Positions 1 to 14,069 of a stretch of 64,000 nucleotides of DNA are shown here, in pieces (within the stretch, counting starts at the first letter, position 1; each line of letters starts with the position of its first letter). The notes beneath the pieces were generated by a model, which saw only the letters and a program-made list of their open reading frames with translations, was not told the DNA's origin and did no database searches. The DNA comes from Nageia nagi (Eukaryota; Plantae; Pinophyta). The DNA is taken from NCBI GenBank assembly GCA_050084985.1, contig JBITNC010000001.1, forward strand, positions 39,618,001 to 39,682,000, written 5' to 3'. Both the position numbers and the translations under genes were made by a program.

Positions 1-2593
1 AGTTCCTCTAAAAGGGGAGAATAATGAAGAAAAATATATGATGGATTACCAACTTGAAGACCAGTCATATGGAGTGGAGATGGGTCTTACAAATACTATT
101 TTGGAATTACATTTTGAAAAATAAGTTGGAGTTATACATTAGCTTGAAGATTGTTAAAAAAATATAAATTATTATTTTAAGAAAGATTTCCTAAATTTTA
201 AAGCAAAACTAGTTGTGCATATGGAGGAATGTTGGACTAAAGATCATTATTCAAGAATGGAAGATGATTAGTTTGAAAATACTAATTTTGATGTTGAAGA
301 TGCAATGCTCATGAAAGAGTATTGTGTTAAAGATGAAAAGGAATATGGTTATCTTGTAAAACCAATTTTGAATATTGCAGAAGAATATCTCATAATGGAG
401 TATTTGTTTGGATACCATAGGATGAATATATGCTTTACAAAATAAATTTTGAATATGCTCTTGTTGAGAAGACCATGGTTTATGTATTGTAGGATTATTT
501 ATCAAATTTTATTGATGAAAATGATTTAAAATTTGTTTGCACTATTCTTGATTTTTTTCTTGAGAAAGTAAATAATAAAGATTATTTTATTAAAGAGGCA
601 TACATTCATGATCCTCTTGTAATGACAATATGGACTAATTTTTTAAATATTATGGAACTTGAAAATTGTTTTCAAGAGGAAATATATGGAGCTTATGGAA
701 TTGAGAATTATTTTGTGAAAATTGATTAAGATTAATTTGTAGAAGCAATGTATGGAGTATTTTGAATGATTTTTATGTTTTAGGGGTAGCTTTGAACTAT
801 CTAAAAGATGTTTGTTTTGTTTAAATAGCACCAAAGTGTGCATTTAAAATAAAAGATAAAAATCTAGTTGTATATGAAGATGAAGAATCTTGTTTGTGTG
901 AAGAATATCATAGAATCACTCTTGCTATGAAGGATAATATTTTTGTAGCACTAATAGTAAATAATAATAAACATTTGTAGCAATATGGCACAAGGGACTC
1001 TACTCCATCCTACAGAAGTGAAGGTGATGATTTTTGTAATTTTTTTCATTTTTTGATGAGTTGATTATCGTAGGTATGAGTTTTCATTTAGTGGGAATTT
1101 TTGATACTATTTTGTTGAATAAATTTATGAAAAATGTTGGATGCCTTACAAAGGCATCATTAGGGGGCTAGTTTTGTGAAAAAAAATTAAAATTTGATTT
1201 ATGTGATAAGTAATTGGTGCAAAATTATTTTGAACAATAATATGATCTTGAAGAGCTCCATTTGAAGGGGTATTTTAAAGAAGTTGAAGATAGGTGTTTT
1301 ATGCTTAAGGACCATCCATCATTGCTAAGTGTGGTTAGTCATATCATGGATGATTTGAGTATGAAGGACAATCATTTATTGGCTATACATTCTTTTTGAA
1401 GAGCATTTTTTTTGGTCAAAGAGCAATTTTTACAAGTTACATTTGTAGTGAGTCAATTTTAGGCCACTACATTTTGTATTATTTGTGTGAAAGTGTATGA
1501 AATTGTATTGTGGTTTGATGAGATGCTTTAGTTTATAAATTGCTCATTTGGAGCATGGTTTGATATTGGTGATCATAACTTTATTTTCTCATGCAGCACC
1601 TTTGTGAATAACATGAGTTTTTATGAAGAGGATATTTTTTATAAAAGAGGATTTTATCATCAAAAGGTACTTATGTTTTACTTGTAGGAGATAGAAAGCA
1701 TTTTGAAGGAAAATCCTCATGAAGAGTTTAAGATGATGCACAACAAAAGCATGGTGGGTGCCAGCCAAATTTTCTTAACTTTCACATTTTTTATTACAAA
1801 ATTGAAAGAGACATAAAAAGGCTCTTTTAATCGATTTATGATGCTTCAAAAATTTATTCCTGAGTCCTTTTAGCATCAAGGGGGATAATTTTAGAACTTG
1901 AGCTCAATTGAATACCATTCAAAGTGAAAGATCAAATTAATTCTCTATTAACTAGACTTATTAAACATATCAGTAATCTTTAGGAAGGCATAACTTTTTG
2001 TAGATATATCCAATTGATTTAATTATTTTTGCATTGGATAGCCCACAAATATACCTTTCTAATTAGTATATGTATACCTATATTTTCTAAATATTTGACT
2101 ATCATATTGATCATTTTTCTATAAATTTTCTATTCTCTACCTAGAAATATGGTCCCAACCACATTTCATCAATCCCAAACATGGAAGCCACCATGTTTCA
2201 TACCAAATACAACTATGTTTCACTAAACATGACCACATTTTAGTATTGTCCTTTTTGGACATTACACTTTGCATAGTTTTGTGTTTCCTCATATTTTTCA
2301 TATTCTAGCTATTATATTTTCTTTAGGATGTTATGTATTTAGTTATTAGCTTACTCATTTAATTAGGTTAATTGGGTTGGATTATATTGTATTTTTAGTA
2401 TGTAACTTTGTATGAGATGCCAAGTGAGTGTGGTGTGTTAGATTAGGATTCCTAATAAAATTATATTTCAAATTATAACTATTTGATTCTACTATTAATT
2501 ATATATAGTTCCATTATGATATTTATCCATTATTGAATATTGATTAATATATAAATGTTTGAGTTTATTGAATCTATTCATATTCTTCATACA
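1..2593 (+). mobile_element. Highly decayed 3' part of a probable LTR retroelement (Glu/Asp-rich ORF remnants, PPT-like motif at ~1878, putative LTR ending ...CATACA at 2593)
   Basis: Purine-rich coding-like plus strand, AAGGGGGATAA at ~1878, and abrupt truncation of the neighbouring minus-strand protease near 2595. No partner LTR or recognisable domain in the window. Confidence 0.25.
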
Positions 2594-2599
2594 TTCTAT

Positions 2600-5500
2600 G
2601 AAATCTAGTTTCAAGGTTTGGGCAACTTTGAATGACATGATAATGTTAATAGCCCTAGGATGCAATTACACAACCTTCTCCCATTCACCCATAATGACAT
2701 GTAAAAAGGATGAAATAGAGTAATCTTTTATTGATCTATATAAATATATTTACCAATGTTTCATTTACTCATTAGCAAGTTCACATATGTTTTAGCAAGT
2801 TTGATAACATCTAAGTAACTCCATTGCTTGAGGGTCATTTTGCATGATTTACAAAGTACAAAATCTGATAATTTTCTTTGATAGATATTATACAATATTG
2901 TACTTTAATATGGAAGGTTCCTTCTTATTTTTCTCTATCTAAACTTCCTTTGACTTTGTTAGCATCTTATCCTATGATTGAGACTAAGTCTTTATTTGAG
3001 ATCTTATTATCATGGTATAACATTTTGAGGGTTCTTCATTCTCCAAAAAGAAAGAATTAATTTCATTTTCATTGTCTTCTTATGTAGAGCTAGGTTCCCC
3101 TTGTTACAATTGATAATTTCTTCCTAGTAAAGTTGTAGTAAAGCCATTTTTTAAGATCATTTCTCACAACATATTCATGGAAACATAACTATTTGGATCA
3201 TATTCAAACTTGTAAAAGTTATAGTAAGTATTTGGAGAAGAGGATTTAGATTTTTCCAATGGAATTGGGACCATTTTATTTTTTTCTTTATTATCTCCTC
3301 ATTTTTATTCTAAAATTTTCCAAAACATTTATGACATCAGTACCCTTGTTCAGTGTTTCATATATGTTGAATTGTTACATTTTATAGTTTCCTCAATCTT
3401 ATTCTCAACTTATTTTCTCTAAGCTACATTCTTTTTTTCATATTTATTTATTAGCTCACGATTCCCTTTATTATATTCAAAGGTTTTCATATCTTAATCT
3501 TTCTTGAGGCTATCATAAATTCCTCATGTTGAATTGCTTTTCTTGTGGCTTCATAAAAGGATGTAATTTTAGAATATGTGACCATATATGCTAAATTAGG
3601 ATCAAGTCCATTAATAAAAAAGGTATTTATTTAATTATTTAATTGCAAATTTATTGAAATCTTATAGAATAAATTTTTAAAATGATTAATAAATTTTAGT
3701 ACAAATTCTCTCTTTCTTCTTGATATGTGAAAGCTCATTGATTAATTATGTTCCAAGAAACTTGATTTTAAATATAGCCATGAATGCATATGAAAAATTA
3801 TCCCAACTACTAATATAACCAATTGATAGTGAATTATACTACTATAATACCCCATAAATGAAAGTTCTAATGAACATCCACATAGCCACATCTTCATGTT
3901 CAATCCCAAAAACTTCACAAAAAGTGTTAAAACTTTCAAGATGTTCTTTTGTGATAATTTTTTATCATTATCCTACAAAAATAAGTATATTTTTGGTATC
4001 CTTAGGAATTTTATGCCTTTATCTTGATAAATTTAAAGATCCTACATTAGTCTTCCATGGTATCTTCCACTGTATCAATGGTCTTTACACTTCTTTAACT
4101 ATTTTGGGTATTTTTGCATTTCTGTATAAGTCACAAGGGATTGCTTCCTCAACTTATTTAAGGAAAACACTCTATAAAGGAGGAGTCCTTGTTTCAAGTA
4201 TAGAAAACCCCCAGTCTCTAATTATTTAATATTTTTAAAGTCTTTGTAAATGTATTTTAAATTCACAAGGATTGATGGTCCAATATTCTTCATCTAATAT
4301 CCCACTTCTTTGAGATGTCCTCCTTAATGGAATTGTTAATTTGAAGAAAGATCTTGAATTTTAGTTAGCTTATAAAGGCTTCAAATTTTTCTCAAATATG
4401 GAGGTGTTGATTGCAATAAATGATCTTATGTAGTAATAACAAATATAACCTATATTCCACAAAATATTCTTTATCTTCTTTTAAGTCACTATATGAAGGA
4501 AAGCCTCTTAAACCAAATTTCTTTGAAATAATGATTTGTTCTTCTTTATTTCTATTCTTTATGGCCATTGATATAGTTTCATATATATTCAGAAAAGTAA
4601 GAAGTCTATCCTAAATACTTGATTCATTTTTTATTGTTCTAAAGGTAATTGCCTTTCAACACTTCTATGCCATGTTTTCTCCCTCATAATGTCATAAATT
4701 TTAGATATGTATTCTAAGGCTATCAACCTTTGAATGGAAAAATTCAATTTATTACCTTTTCTTGACAAGGGAATAGATAATTGAATTTGATTTATTTCTA
4801 CTAGTAAAATAAACTTAGTATTATAATCAATAATGAACTTATTTCTAATTCCCCTTCTAATGTTGAATGATATCTTCTTGATTTAATAATATGTTCAAAA
4901 ATATATATGTTTGTAACTCTCCTTTATATCTCTAAATTTTCTTTATTTCTAAGTGTCATAAAGTAAATTATTCTTCTGAATCCTTGACTTATGTGTTACT
5001 ACAAGGGAGGAAGATGTATATATTTAGCTCTCTTTAACACCTTATTTAATCAATTGATAGTATGTCAAGCAATGACTACTTTAAGAAATGAGTTTTACAC
5101 TTGACATCAGAATAGATTCTTCTAGGGTCAATTTCCCAAAATTCACCTTCTAATTATAAATTCCTTTGAATAATGGTTCTCAAAGGACTTACCAACTTAG
5201 ATGGTAATATCAAATATATTTAATAAAATTAGCAAGACTTTAACTCCTTCTAAATGATGTTGATAAATCAAATATGAATGGATTTTTTCTAATGGTAAGA
5301 TGAAATTTTATTTGTAATTTATATAATCTACTCCTTCTTCTTCTTTTTCATTATAATCACTATATTCTATAGGGAAACCACCAAATCCAAAGTCTCTTTG
5401 GGCAAAATGTTTTCATTCTTTTCTTATTCTTCTATAGCCTTTAGTGAAACACCTCATCTAATTTGAAAAAGGTAAGTATCTCTCTTGATCACTTGGTTTC

Positions 5501-6035
5501 TTTATTATTCTTCTATGGATAAATTTCTCTCTTTTCACTCTTATGATATAATCTCAAAAAAGGACTTGGTGTTTAATGTTGATTCTTTTATAGTTGTATA
5601 AAGCTTTTTGATCCCAATTATCATAGAAGTTTGTGAAGAAAGTTGAATTAGATTATTTTAAATAGGTAAGAATAATTTAATTTTGAAATCAATAATATCC
5701 TCTTTTTTTATTCAATGTAATAACCTACATTTTTTAGTACTTATTCTTCGAAAATGCCTTGAGGTTCAATTGAAATTTTGTATTTTAGAGATCACTTCAC
5801 TCTAGAATAACTTTTGAGAAAGAATCTTCTTATTTTTTTTATTTTCATTTTGTTGTGCAAGAGTTATATACCTACATTTTTCTCTTTTTAAGGCTTCTAT
5901 TTCACTTTGTGCTATAATATTGAAGATATATTCGTTGAAAAATAAATTCTTGTTCCTAATTTGTTCTTGAGTTCTTTTAACATGGAAGTTATATGAAGCA
6001 TGGTATGTTTTAGTATAAGGTTCAAAAGATACCAT
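2600..6035 (-). pseudogene. Decayed gag-protease polyprotein with a long N-terminal extension
   Basis: Retrotrans_gag-like EDVAMWMFIRTF...YNSLSIGYISSWDNFSYAF (~3780-3900) and protease-like PFYMSLWVNGRRLCNCIL..GAINIIMSFKVAQTL (~2610-2710). Many stops and frameshifts. Confidence 0.65.
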
Positions 6036-6191
6036 AATTCTTCACCATACTTTATTCTCCTAATCTAAGTCTCTTTTAAAAAAGGATTAAATTCTAATGA
6101 TTTTTTTGCACTTAGAAAACTTTCCAATTGACTAATTGTTTGAGACGCTAGCCTAATTTACCTTAGCCAAAAATGTAGTTCTTGAATTTCT

Positions 6192-6209
6192 TCCCTAGTA
6201 AAGTCGCAA
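6192..6209 (-). promoter_or_regulatory. Degenerate primer-binding site, tRNA-Arg type
   Basis: The minus strand reads TTGCGACTTTACTAGGGA, against the Ogre-type TGGCGACTCCACTGGGGA, just after an LTR end ...AACA. Confidence 0.55.
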
Positions 6210-6999
6210 ATTTTGTTAATTATTTTTCTTGTCAAGGAGAAAAAGGGTACAACAAGGATATATGATCCTCCTTTTTAATGAGGTGGTCCTCAAAATAGTA
6301 ACTTGGTATTTCAACTATCTTTTGAGGTATAAAGGACTTGATTTATTCTTCTCATCACTTTCTTATACTTAGATTAAGTGTTCATTCCATACATTTTAAT
6401 CAAGTAAATAACCACTTAAGTTTATAACTTATATGAAATATTATTGCTAAGTCACCCAAGACATAAGATAAGTAAATATATATGCATTTTACTCACTTTA
6501 TCCTTAGTTTTTTTTACCTCAAGAAATATGATTACTTATTTTTTAAAGTGAATTTCAATACTGCAAGGCTTGTATAACACTTCATTCTTCTTTTACAAGC
6601 TTAATTACATAAGGATTTTCAAGTTTACAAAAAAAATCATATTCAATATTTGAAAATAAACTAATGTACATACTTGTAATCCATTTTTTACCTCAAATAT
6701 ATCTCATAAGAATAAGCAAACAAAAACCATGATGTAAAGAAAACTTGTAACTGCTTGTAAGCTTATCTATTACATTTTAGAATCTAGAGTCCCTTACAAA
6801 TGAATTTTTATCTCCTTTTTATAACAATAATAGGTAATTATGTTTATATTAAACCCTAACTAAATTTTCAAAACCCTAAATACCTTGCTATGAAACCCTA
6901 ATTACAACTTCTACCAAAATAAACTAAGCTAAAAATAAATTGATAAAAAATAATCAAAGTATAGAAAAAAAGAACTCAAAAATATTTGAACTCTAGAAA

Positions 7000-9900
7000 T
7001 TAAAGGAAATAATTTTTTTTCAGGCCCCTTAATTATGATCTACAACAAAAATTGGAACTTTGCTAGGTATCTAATATTGATATTATTTGTGCCACTTTTT
7101 CATTAATATCACCTCTTGATAATTGCAAAGCCCTATCATGTTCCTCTATGAAATCATGATATTGGCATATCATTTGAGCATCAACCCAATTATCCAATTG
7201 TTTATGAACCATTTTAATATATATTGAATAGGTTAAGAACTATATGTATGATGCTAAGGTACTTGCATTCTAAGTGGTTACTATATCCTTGTTCTTTAAT
7301 GTTCCATTTAGAAGTTTAGTTAGTTTCTACTTTACATTATCCTTACTATTCCATTCACCATCTTATCTAAGGAATTCAATTTTCAATATATAAATTATGT
7401 TTTTCACTTCTTCATAAATCTCCAATCCCTTATCCTTAAGGATGTTACTTCTAGATTTTGCATCAATTAAAAAATCATAGAGAAAAAAGAATTCTTTATG
7501 AAATCCCAAAATTTATAAATTAGTAGCATTCTCATGCTCTATTCCCATGACTATGTTTATCTCTAACACCCTTTTATCAGATAGGGAGTTGATATCTACT
7601 TCAACCTTTTCCATTTAAAAACTAATTGCATATAAATATAAAAAATCATGAAAAATATTTATAAATAATCTAATGAATTTATCTATCAATTTATCGATAT
7701 GAGTCTCTAGCTTACAACTTCTTTTAAACTTGAGTTTCAAATATTCATTATTTGTGGCTAATTCCTCAAATTAGTGTAAAGTTATATTCATCTTTTTCAT
7801 GTCCTTTTTTAATCAAGATAATACTTCTTCCTTATCCTAATCTATCTCCTTAATATTTGTAGTCCCCTAATCAATAATATATGCATTTATCTCAATTTCC
7901 ATTAGTCCCACATCATATTAATAATTGCTAACATTAATTTATCTCTTATATTTGGTCTTTCACACATCAGTGGTAACTTTTTTCACTTGCATTTTTCCTT
8001 TTTAAATTCAATCATGATATCCACTTATTGGTGTACCAATTGTGATTGATCTAGGGCATCTACATTTTCCTCTTTTTTATCACTATTGATCTCTTCACAA
8101 TCTTTTTAAATAGGAATCCATATCTATATTTTTCAAAAAAATTGGATGAGCTAAGTTGCTCTAGAGAGCTCACATCTTCTACTTAAATTATATTTATTTA
8201 TTTACTATGATTAATCATGTTCATCTTATCTTATTTTCTTTCTTCTTTCTCCATTCTCTTCTCCATCTTCATCATTGTTATCTTTGTCATTAGGCTTTGA
8301 AGTTTTCCTAGTTGATAATTTGTCTAAGCTAGTTACCTTTTGAGGAGTGGCACCTTTATTACTCTTTGTTCTTGTTTAAAATTTATTTTTGGAATGATAT
8401 GGTCCCTTCATGGCTTATTTATTGGGTATATCCTAAATGACTTCATATTCTTGATGGTAATCAACCTTTAGCATTTAATAAGAATAATTATTGAGCATGT
8501 ACAATCCTTACGGTACTATTATGGGAGTAGTTAAATTCTAATTATTTTTCCTTTATCCTTTGAATTAGTTATGTTCACAAAGGTTTCCTCCTCCTCACCT
8601 TGAATTTTGTAATATTCTTCTTCTTTATCAAATTCTTCAACATTCTCTTTGCCATTTTATTTATCATAATTTTCATCATTCTCTTCATCCTCACTTCTAT
8701 TCCTTCACTTATTTTCATCATCTTGCTTTTTTTATTGATTGGATATATATGAGGAATTACTACCACTCAAAGATGGTGACCATCCTCCTAGGGTATTTCC
8801 TCTACTAATTTCTCTAACTTCTGGTTGGATTTGAAGATTCTTAATAGGTTTCTCCTCATATTCTCTTAGGATTTGTATATTAGGAGTTGGTGTGTTACAT
8901 TTGATAGTTTGTAGTACATCAATTTATGACATGGATATGAACTAATTGAATTTTTTCTAATCTATGAGCTCCTTTATGTTTTAATCCTTGATTTTGTTTT
9001 CTTTGGGAGGATCTCTTTACTCTTATCCTTTTTCTTTTTGGAGTGATTCTCCCTTTCTTCTTTGGTAATCTGCTAAGAAATATTTTGAATTTCAAATTTG
9101 AAGAGAATATTTTTATAGCTTTCAATGATTCCCAATGAATAATGTTAATATAATATTGAAATTTTTAACAATATTTATCAACATCTCTAATGGGATCATA
9201 GTGAGTTTTCAATTCATGGAACACTAGAACATATTGCTCCATTTCTTCTTTAATTGTTTGAGCCTCTAGCTAATTTTTATAGAAATAATAGGTGCAAGCA
9301 AGTGGAATTTTGATGAACCTTTATTTCTTCTCCTTCATAAATTTCTTATGAAAATAAAATGCCTATTTAACACACTTAAACAATATCATTTTGTTGTAGA
9401 TATATTGAGCTAATTTTAATGGAGGTACATTGGCACTATACACCTTAACATATGAAGTTTCACAATATTCCAAAATAAATCTACATATGCCTTCAATAAT
9501 GCTACCCCATATTATGTATTTCTATGAACTTGATCATCTTCCTTAAGTTCCTTGTAAATGGCATACTTTCAATCATTGTTCCTCATACAAATGTGATTCA
9601 TTTTTTCTTATTTATACTATTTAGGATATACCATATAAATAGCAACCTTATTGTTAAGGACTAACTATTTTATTCCATGATATTTTTATTATATTATTCC
9701 CTTTCAAAAATAGATAAATGAGGTATGATACATGATATAACTCTTTGATTTTGCATACTTTTGTTAATTATGCAATTATTCCATCATTGATAACATAAGT
9801 CCATCAAATGTTCTTTCCTCTCCTAATGGCACAAAGAAAACCAAATAAATATTTCTCTAATCCAATATCTATATATTTTCCCATCACCCTACATAATAAG

Positions 9901-10420
9901 CTTATGGCCTTATTTTTGGTATATTATAATAAACACTTCTAATATTTCATTACTACTTGATGTGCTAGGCCATGATGTTCAAGCCTCATCCATGAATGGA
10001 CAAGATCACTAGGTTGATTCTTGGTGTAGTGTTTCTCTAACTCTTTATTATAATATTCTTTCATGAAAAATGATACCTCTATTTCACTAAGGAATCAAAA
10101 ACATGATCCCTTCCTTTGTAAACTAACATATAATATTTCTTTCATTGTATTTTAGAACTCTATTCTCAAATTATGTATGATGGGCCACCTCTAAGACCAT
10201 CTCATGAAAATTAACTACAAATGATGTCATTATTGATTTGAACAATCTAGAAGAATGCAATGGATCCTTTTCTCTCACTTACTTGGGAATTTTATTTTTA
10301 TATTGGAGCATTTTAATGGGATTTGTATGGTTCCAATTTGGATCATGGATATCATGCAATCTATCATAATAGTGGGCTCTTCTCTTGTGGGAACCTTCTT
10401 TACTCATTTCTATGAAATTT
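7000..10420 (-). pseudogene. Long decayed retroelement accessory-type ORF (~1100 codons), unassigned
   Basis: Continuous coding-like minus strand: a globular N-terminal part (LHSSRLFKSIMTSFVVNFHEMVLEVAHH...), Lys/Arg- and Glu/Asp-rich linkers (ORF fragments 8575-8766 and 8919-9125) and a coiled-coil-like C-terminus. No pol motifs. Confidence 0.4.
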
Positions 10421-10671
10421 TTCTTAGTTAATTGAATATATGCATCCTCCTCCCTCTTTTATTTACACATCCTATGAAAAAAGATGATAAATTGTCATTA
10501 TCCATCATTTCAAACTTGCTTGATTTCAAAACTTAACTGAGAAATGATACTCTATAATTTTTGTAAAAATTAACTTCCATGTTAATGTTTAGAGTATGCA
10601 TTTCTTATCAAGAAGAAAGATGCTACCCAATTATTCAAAATCCTTTTGTGATGAAAGATGTGATCATGTAA

Positions 10672-10704
<33 letters not shown>

Positions 10705-10722
10705 TATTATTATTATTATTAT
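10672..10722. repeat. (AAT)n directly followed by its reverse complement (ATT)n, a palindromic microsatellite
   Basis: Direct read: aataataat...aataattattattattattattat. Confidence 0.95.
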
Positions 10723-11179
10723 ACTTATAATTTTTTTATGAATTTTTTATTTTATCAAAAACAAAGAAAATATTTCTAGACACTCATCTTATGGAAACAT
10801 AAAACATTTATTGTTCAAAAATTAGATGGTATAATAAGCTATTGGGGGGCCTCATACTATAGGTGATGGCTTGTATAGATGGGATAATGGAATGAATTCA
10901 AGTGGATACATGGAATAAAATCAATGATTAAGGGTTATTAGGGTTTTCATAGTAGATGAGGCTAAAACATGTTAGTCAGGTAAAAAGGAAAAGCAAGGTG
11001 AGTGGGAAATACCATTGATAGATGAGGTGCATATTATTTTTCACAAGCTCCTTACTTTTTGTGACATCCTCAACTATATTTTATCTTATCTTTATTTTTC
11101 CTTTAGTGGGTTGATTACAATGATTCATATTTTTCAAGCTATAATTTCCACCAAAAAGTGGATATCAAGTATACTAAAA

Positions 11180-11390
11180 TGAATTGAAACCATCTAAAAA
11201 ATTTCTACAAAGGAGAGATACTTGAAGATCTACTAAATTTATTGATAAGATGGAAAATATTGCTACCTTAATTATGTTTTCTACATTTTTATTTGACAAG
11301 ATGCATCATGTAAATATAGTTTCATGGTCTGCAATGATTGTATGATATGCATAAAATATATTTTTAGAGAAAAGACCTAAGACTATCAAG
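11180..11390 (+). pseudogene. Fragment of a PLS-class pentatricopeptide-repeat (PPR) gene
   Basis: Translates LFDKMHHVNIVSWSAMIV*YA*NIFLEK, matching the PPR consensus LFDKMPxRNVVSWxAMIxGYAQNG. It is preceded by a segment resembling a PPR N-terminal helix. Confidence 0.75.
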
Positions 11391-11499
11391 GTACCATTGA
11401 AAATCACCAATAAAAACTTAAAAAATGGATGGTTTAAAACTACCCCATCAAAATTGTCTCAAATTAGCTACCCCTAAAGCTATTTTTTGGTCTAGTGAG

Positions 11500-12900
11500 A
11501 ATTTCCAAGTGGAAAGAAGGACATTAGATGGAAATGGGTATTCAAAATAAAGTACAAAATTGGTTGAACACTATAATGCCTAACTTGTTTCCAAAGGATA
11601 TGCATATGAGGAAGGTATTAACTATGAGGATATATTTTCTCCCACAACCAAGATGAATGGTATTAAAATTACTTTTTCAATGGCTACAAACTTTGGCTAG
11701 AAATTCCATCAAATGGATGTGAAGAACACCTTACTAAATAGAGAGTTAGAGTTAGAGTTCTACATGCAATAAACTAAAAGGTTTGTGATTGATCTATCAA
11801 AGGAAAAGTGTATAGATTAATCAAATCTTTGTATGATTTTGAATAGGCTCCAAGAGCCTCATATACTAAAATTGATGAGTATTTACTACAACATGGTTTC
11901 AATAGTAATCCATATGATCTTAACCTCTACCTTTGAACAACATGCTGGGATTATCATATTTGTAATATATGTCAATAATTTGGTTATCATAGGCAACATT
12001 GAGTTGATCATATCTTGCAAAGATGACCTCAAAAGATCATCTAACATAACTAACTTTGGTTTACTTCACTACTATCTAGATTAGAGGTCTAGTAGATGCA
12101 AGATTGAATATTTATTTAATATATGAAGTACAATAAGAGGTTTTTGGAGATATTCAAGATGATTAATTACCAAAAAATTCCATATCAATTAAACCTAGTT
12201 AATATTAATCATGCCAAAAATTTTCTCCATCTATAAATGTAACTCTCTATCATTAATTGATTAGAGGGTTAATTTACCTATAGGTCAAATATTTGCTATA
12301 TTGTTAGTTATGTTTTATTATTTATGCATTAACTAAAGAAGGTACACTATACCATGACAAAGCATATTCTTAAACACATTCATGGCACTAATAGTTATGG
12401 AATGAAGTATAACAAGAATGATAAGTTCATCTTATCTAGATACATAGATTAGATTATAGATGATCCTTGGATGATAGGAGATTGATGTAAATATATGTGT
12501 TCTTTCTTGGATATGGACCAATTTTATGGAGTAGTAGAGAGTGTAGAATCACATGCAATATATCATAGATTTGAAATATCATGTTGTAGTTGATGCTATT
12601 TGTGAAGCAGTATGGTTACATCACATTTTGATAAACATTGGAATTTCATGGAAATAGCCTAAAATTTTACACTATGATAATCATAGTGTACTAAATATGA
12701 TTTTCAATCTTATTTTTCATGAGTGCACCAAACACATTGAAATAGGATTGCATTTCATTCATGACCATGTTTCACTACACAACATTTAGCTTTGCTACAT
12801 TTCCAAAAAAGAGAAAATTACTAATATCTTCACCAAATATCTTATTAGTGAAAATTTGAATACTTTTGAAGCTTCCTCTAATGTTCTCTAAATACCTAAT
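11500..12900 (+). pseudogene. Decayed Ty1/Copia reverse transcriptase-RNase H fragment
   Basis: LVSKGYAYEEGINYEDIFSP, HQMDVKNTLLN, IYVNNLVIIG, CEAVWL, DNHSVL, HECTKHIEI, NIFTK motifs. Confidence 0.85.
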
Positions 12901-12904
12901 GTAT

Positions 12905-13270
12905 TATGGGGGTTTTTAGAAATAACACATTAGGTTACCTAAATTGGATACTTTAGTTGTCTAGGAATATAAAGACTATTTAATAAATACATTAGTATTT
13001 TTTATTAATGTTTAGTCTATTAAATATTTAGGGTTTCCTATTCCATTATTCTATGAAAATGTAATTGCCAAGTACTCTTATATTTATACCCTTAATTCCA
13101 TTAATGTAAATTTTTGATACCTAAATTTGATCCCCATAAGATGGCCCACTTAGGTGTTTTATTATATATACATCTTTAATTATACTTTATCATATTTTAC
13201 CTTATTATCATATATTTCTCAAGTTGTGTTCTTAGTTTTATGTTAGGTACATGAGGATGACTTCAATATT
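12905..13270 (+). repeat. PPT and probable 3' LTR of the Copia fragment
   Basis: ATGGGGGT directly after the RNase H end, followed by AT-rich LTR-like sequence. No partner copy; right end approximate. Confidence 0.35.
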
Positions 13271-14069
13271 ATTACAAGGGTTAAATTGGTGGATATCACA
13301 CCTATATAATGTAATTATCTCTAACAAGAGGAAAGCATGATCAAGATTACATCTCGATAGTCAATACCATACTCTTGGGTGTTTCTAAATACTGACTATT
13401 GATATTGAAATCTTGTTACCACTCAAGCAATATTTTTCATCCATTTCCATAATCATATGATTGGATTGACTTATTTACATCTCTATTATTACCAATATTG
13501 GGTGGAGAACCTCATTATATGAAAATATTAGCACTCGTGTTTTCATGTGCATCCATGCTAACCTTTGGAGACCTAGTGCCCACATTGAGATCCTTGTTGT
13601 TATTGGTTGTGAAATTTACATATCAATGTCACTTATATATGATAAGTTTATATTGCATATACCCAACTTTATAATAGGTAAGGACACAAGTATTTATCTT
13701 ACACTTGATTCTATCTCTTTAGTATATGCTTTTGTTATCTTAATTCGATACAACCCTAGTTCTCTTAATGCATTATTTTTATACTCAATTATATTATTTC
13801 TTATTATCATGTATGTTTATTAAGTTATATAGCTTGCATAGTATGTACTTAAATGTTTATATGTATTTAGTTCATTTAAGCCAAAACCTTAGATGTACCA
13901 AAGCACATATCAACATATTAGTGCCCAACTATTTATAGCATTTCTTTCTCTTAAGTATGGTTGGAATAAAAATGCTTTTGAACTTGCATTAAAATTTTGC
14001 TACAATGTCAAACCTACTATGGGTTTTATTCAAAACATTATATTCTAAATGTATTTTATGTTACTAGTA

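Larger units (their letters stand above)
2594..6830 (-). mobile_element. 5' half of a decayed Ty3/Gypsy (Tat/Ogre-like) element: LTR, PBS, gag, start of protease
   Basis: PBS-like motif at 6192-6209 next to an LTR terminus (plus-strand TG at 6214), with gag and protease motifs downstream on the minus strand. The outer LTR boundary (~6830) is approximate. Confidence 0.6.

Noticed and set aside
6850-6902. Interstitial telomere array (AAACCCTA x3)
   Set aside because: The motifs are dispersed telo-boxes, common in plant TEs, not a tandem array.
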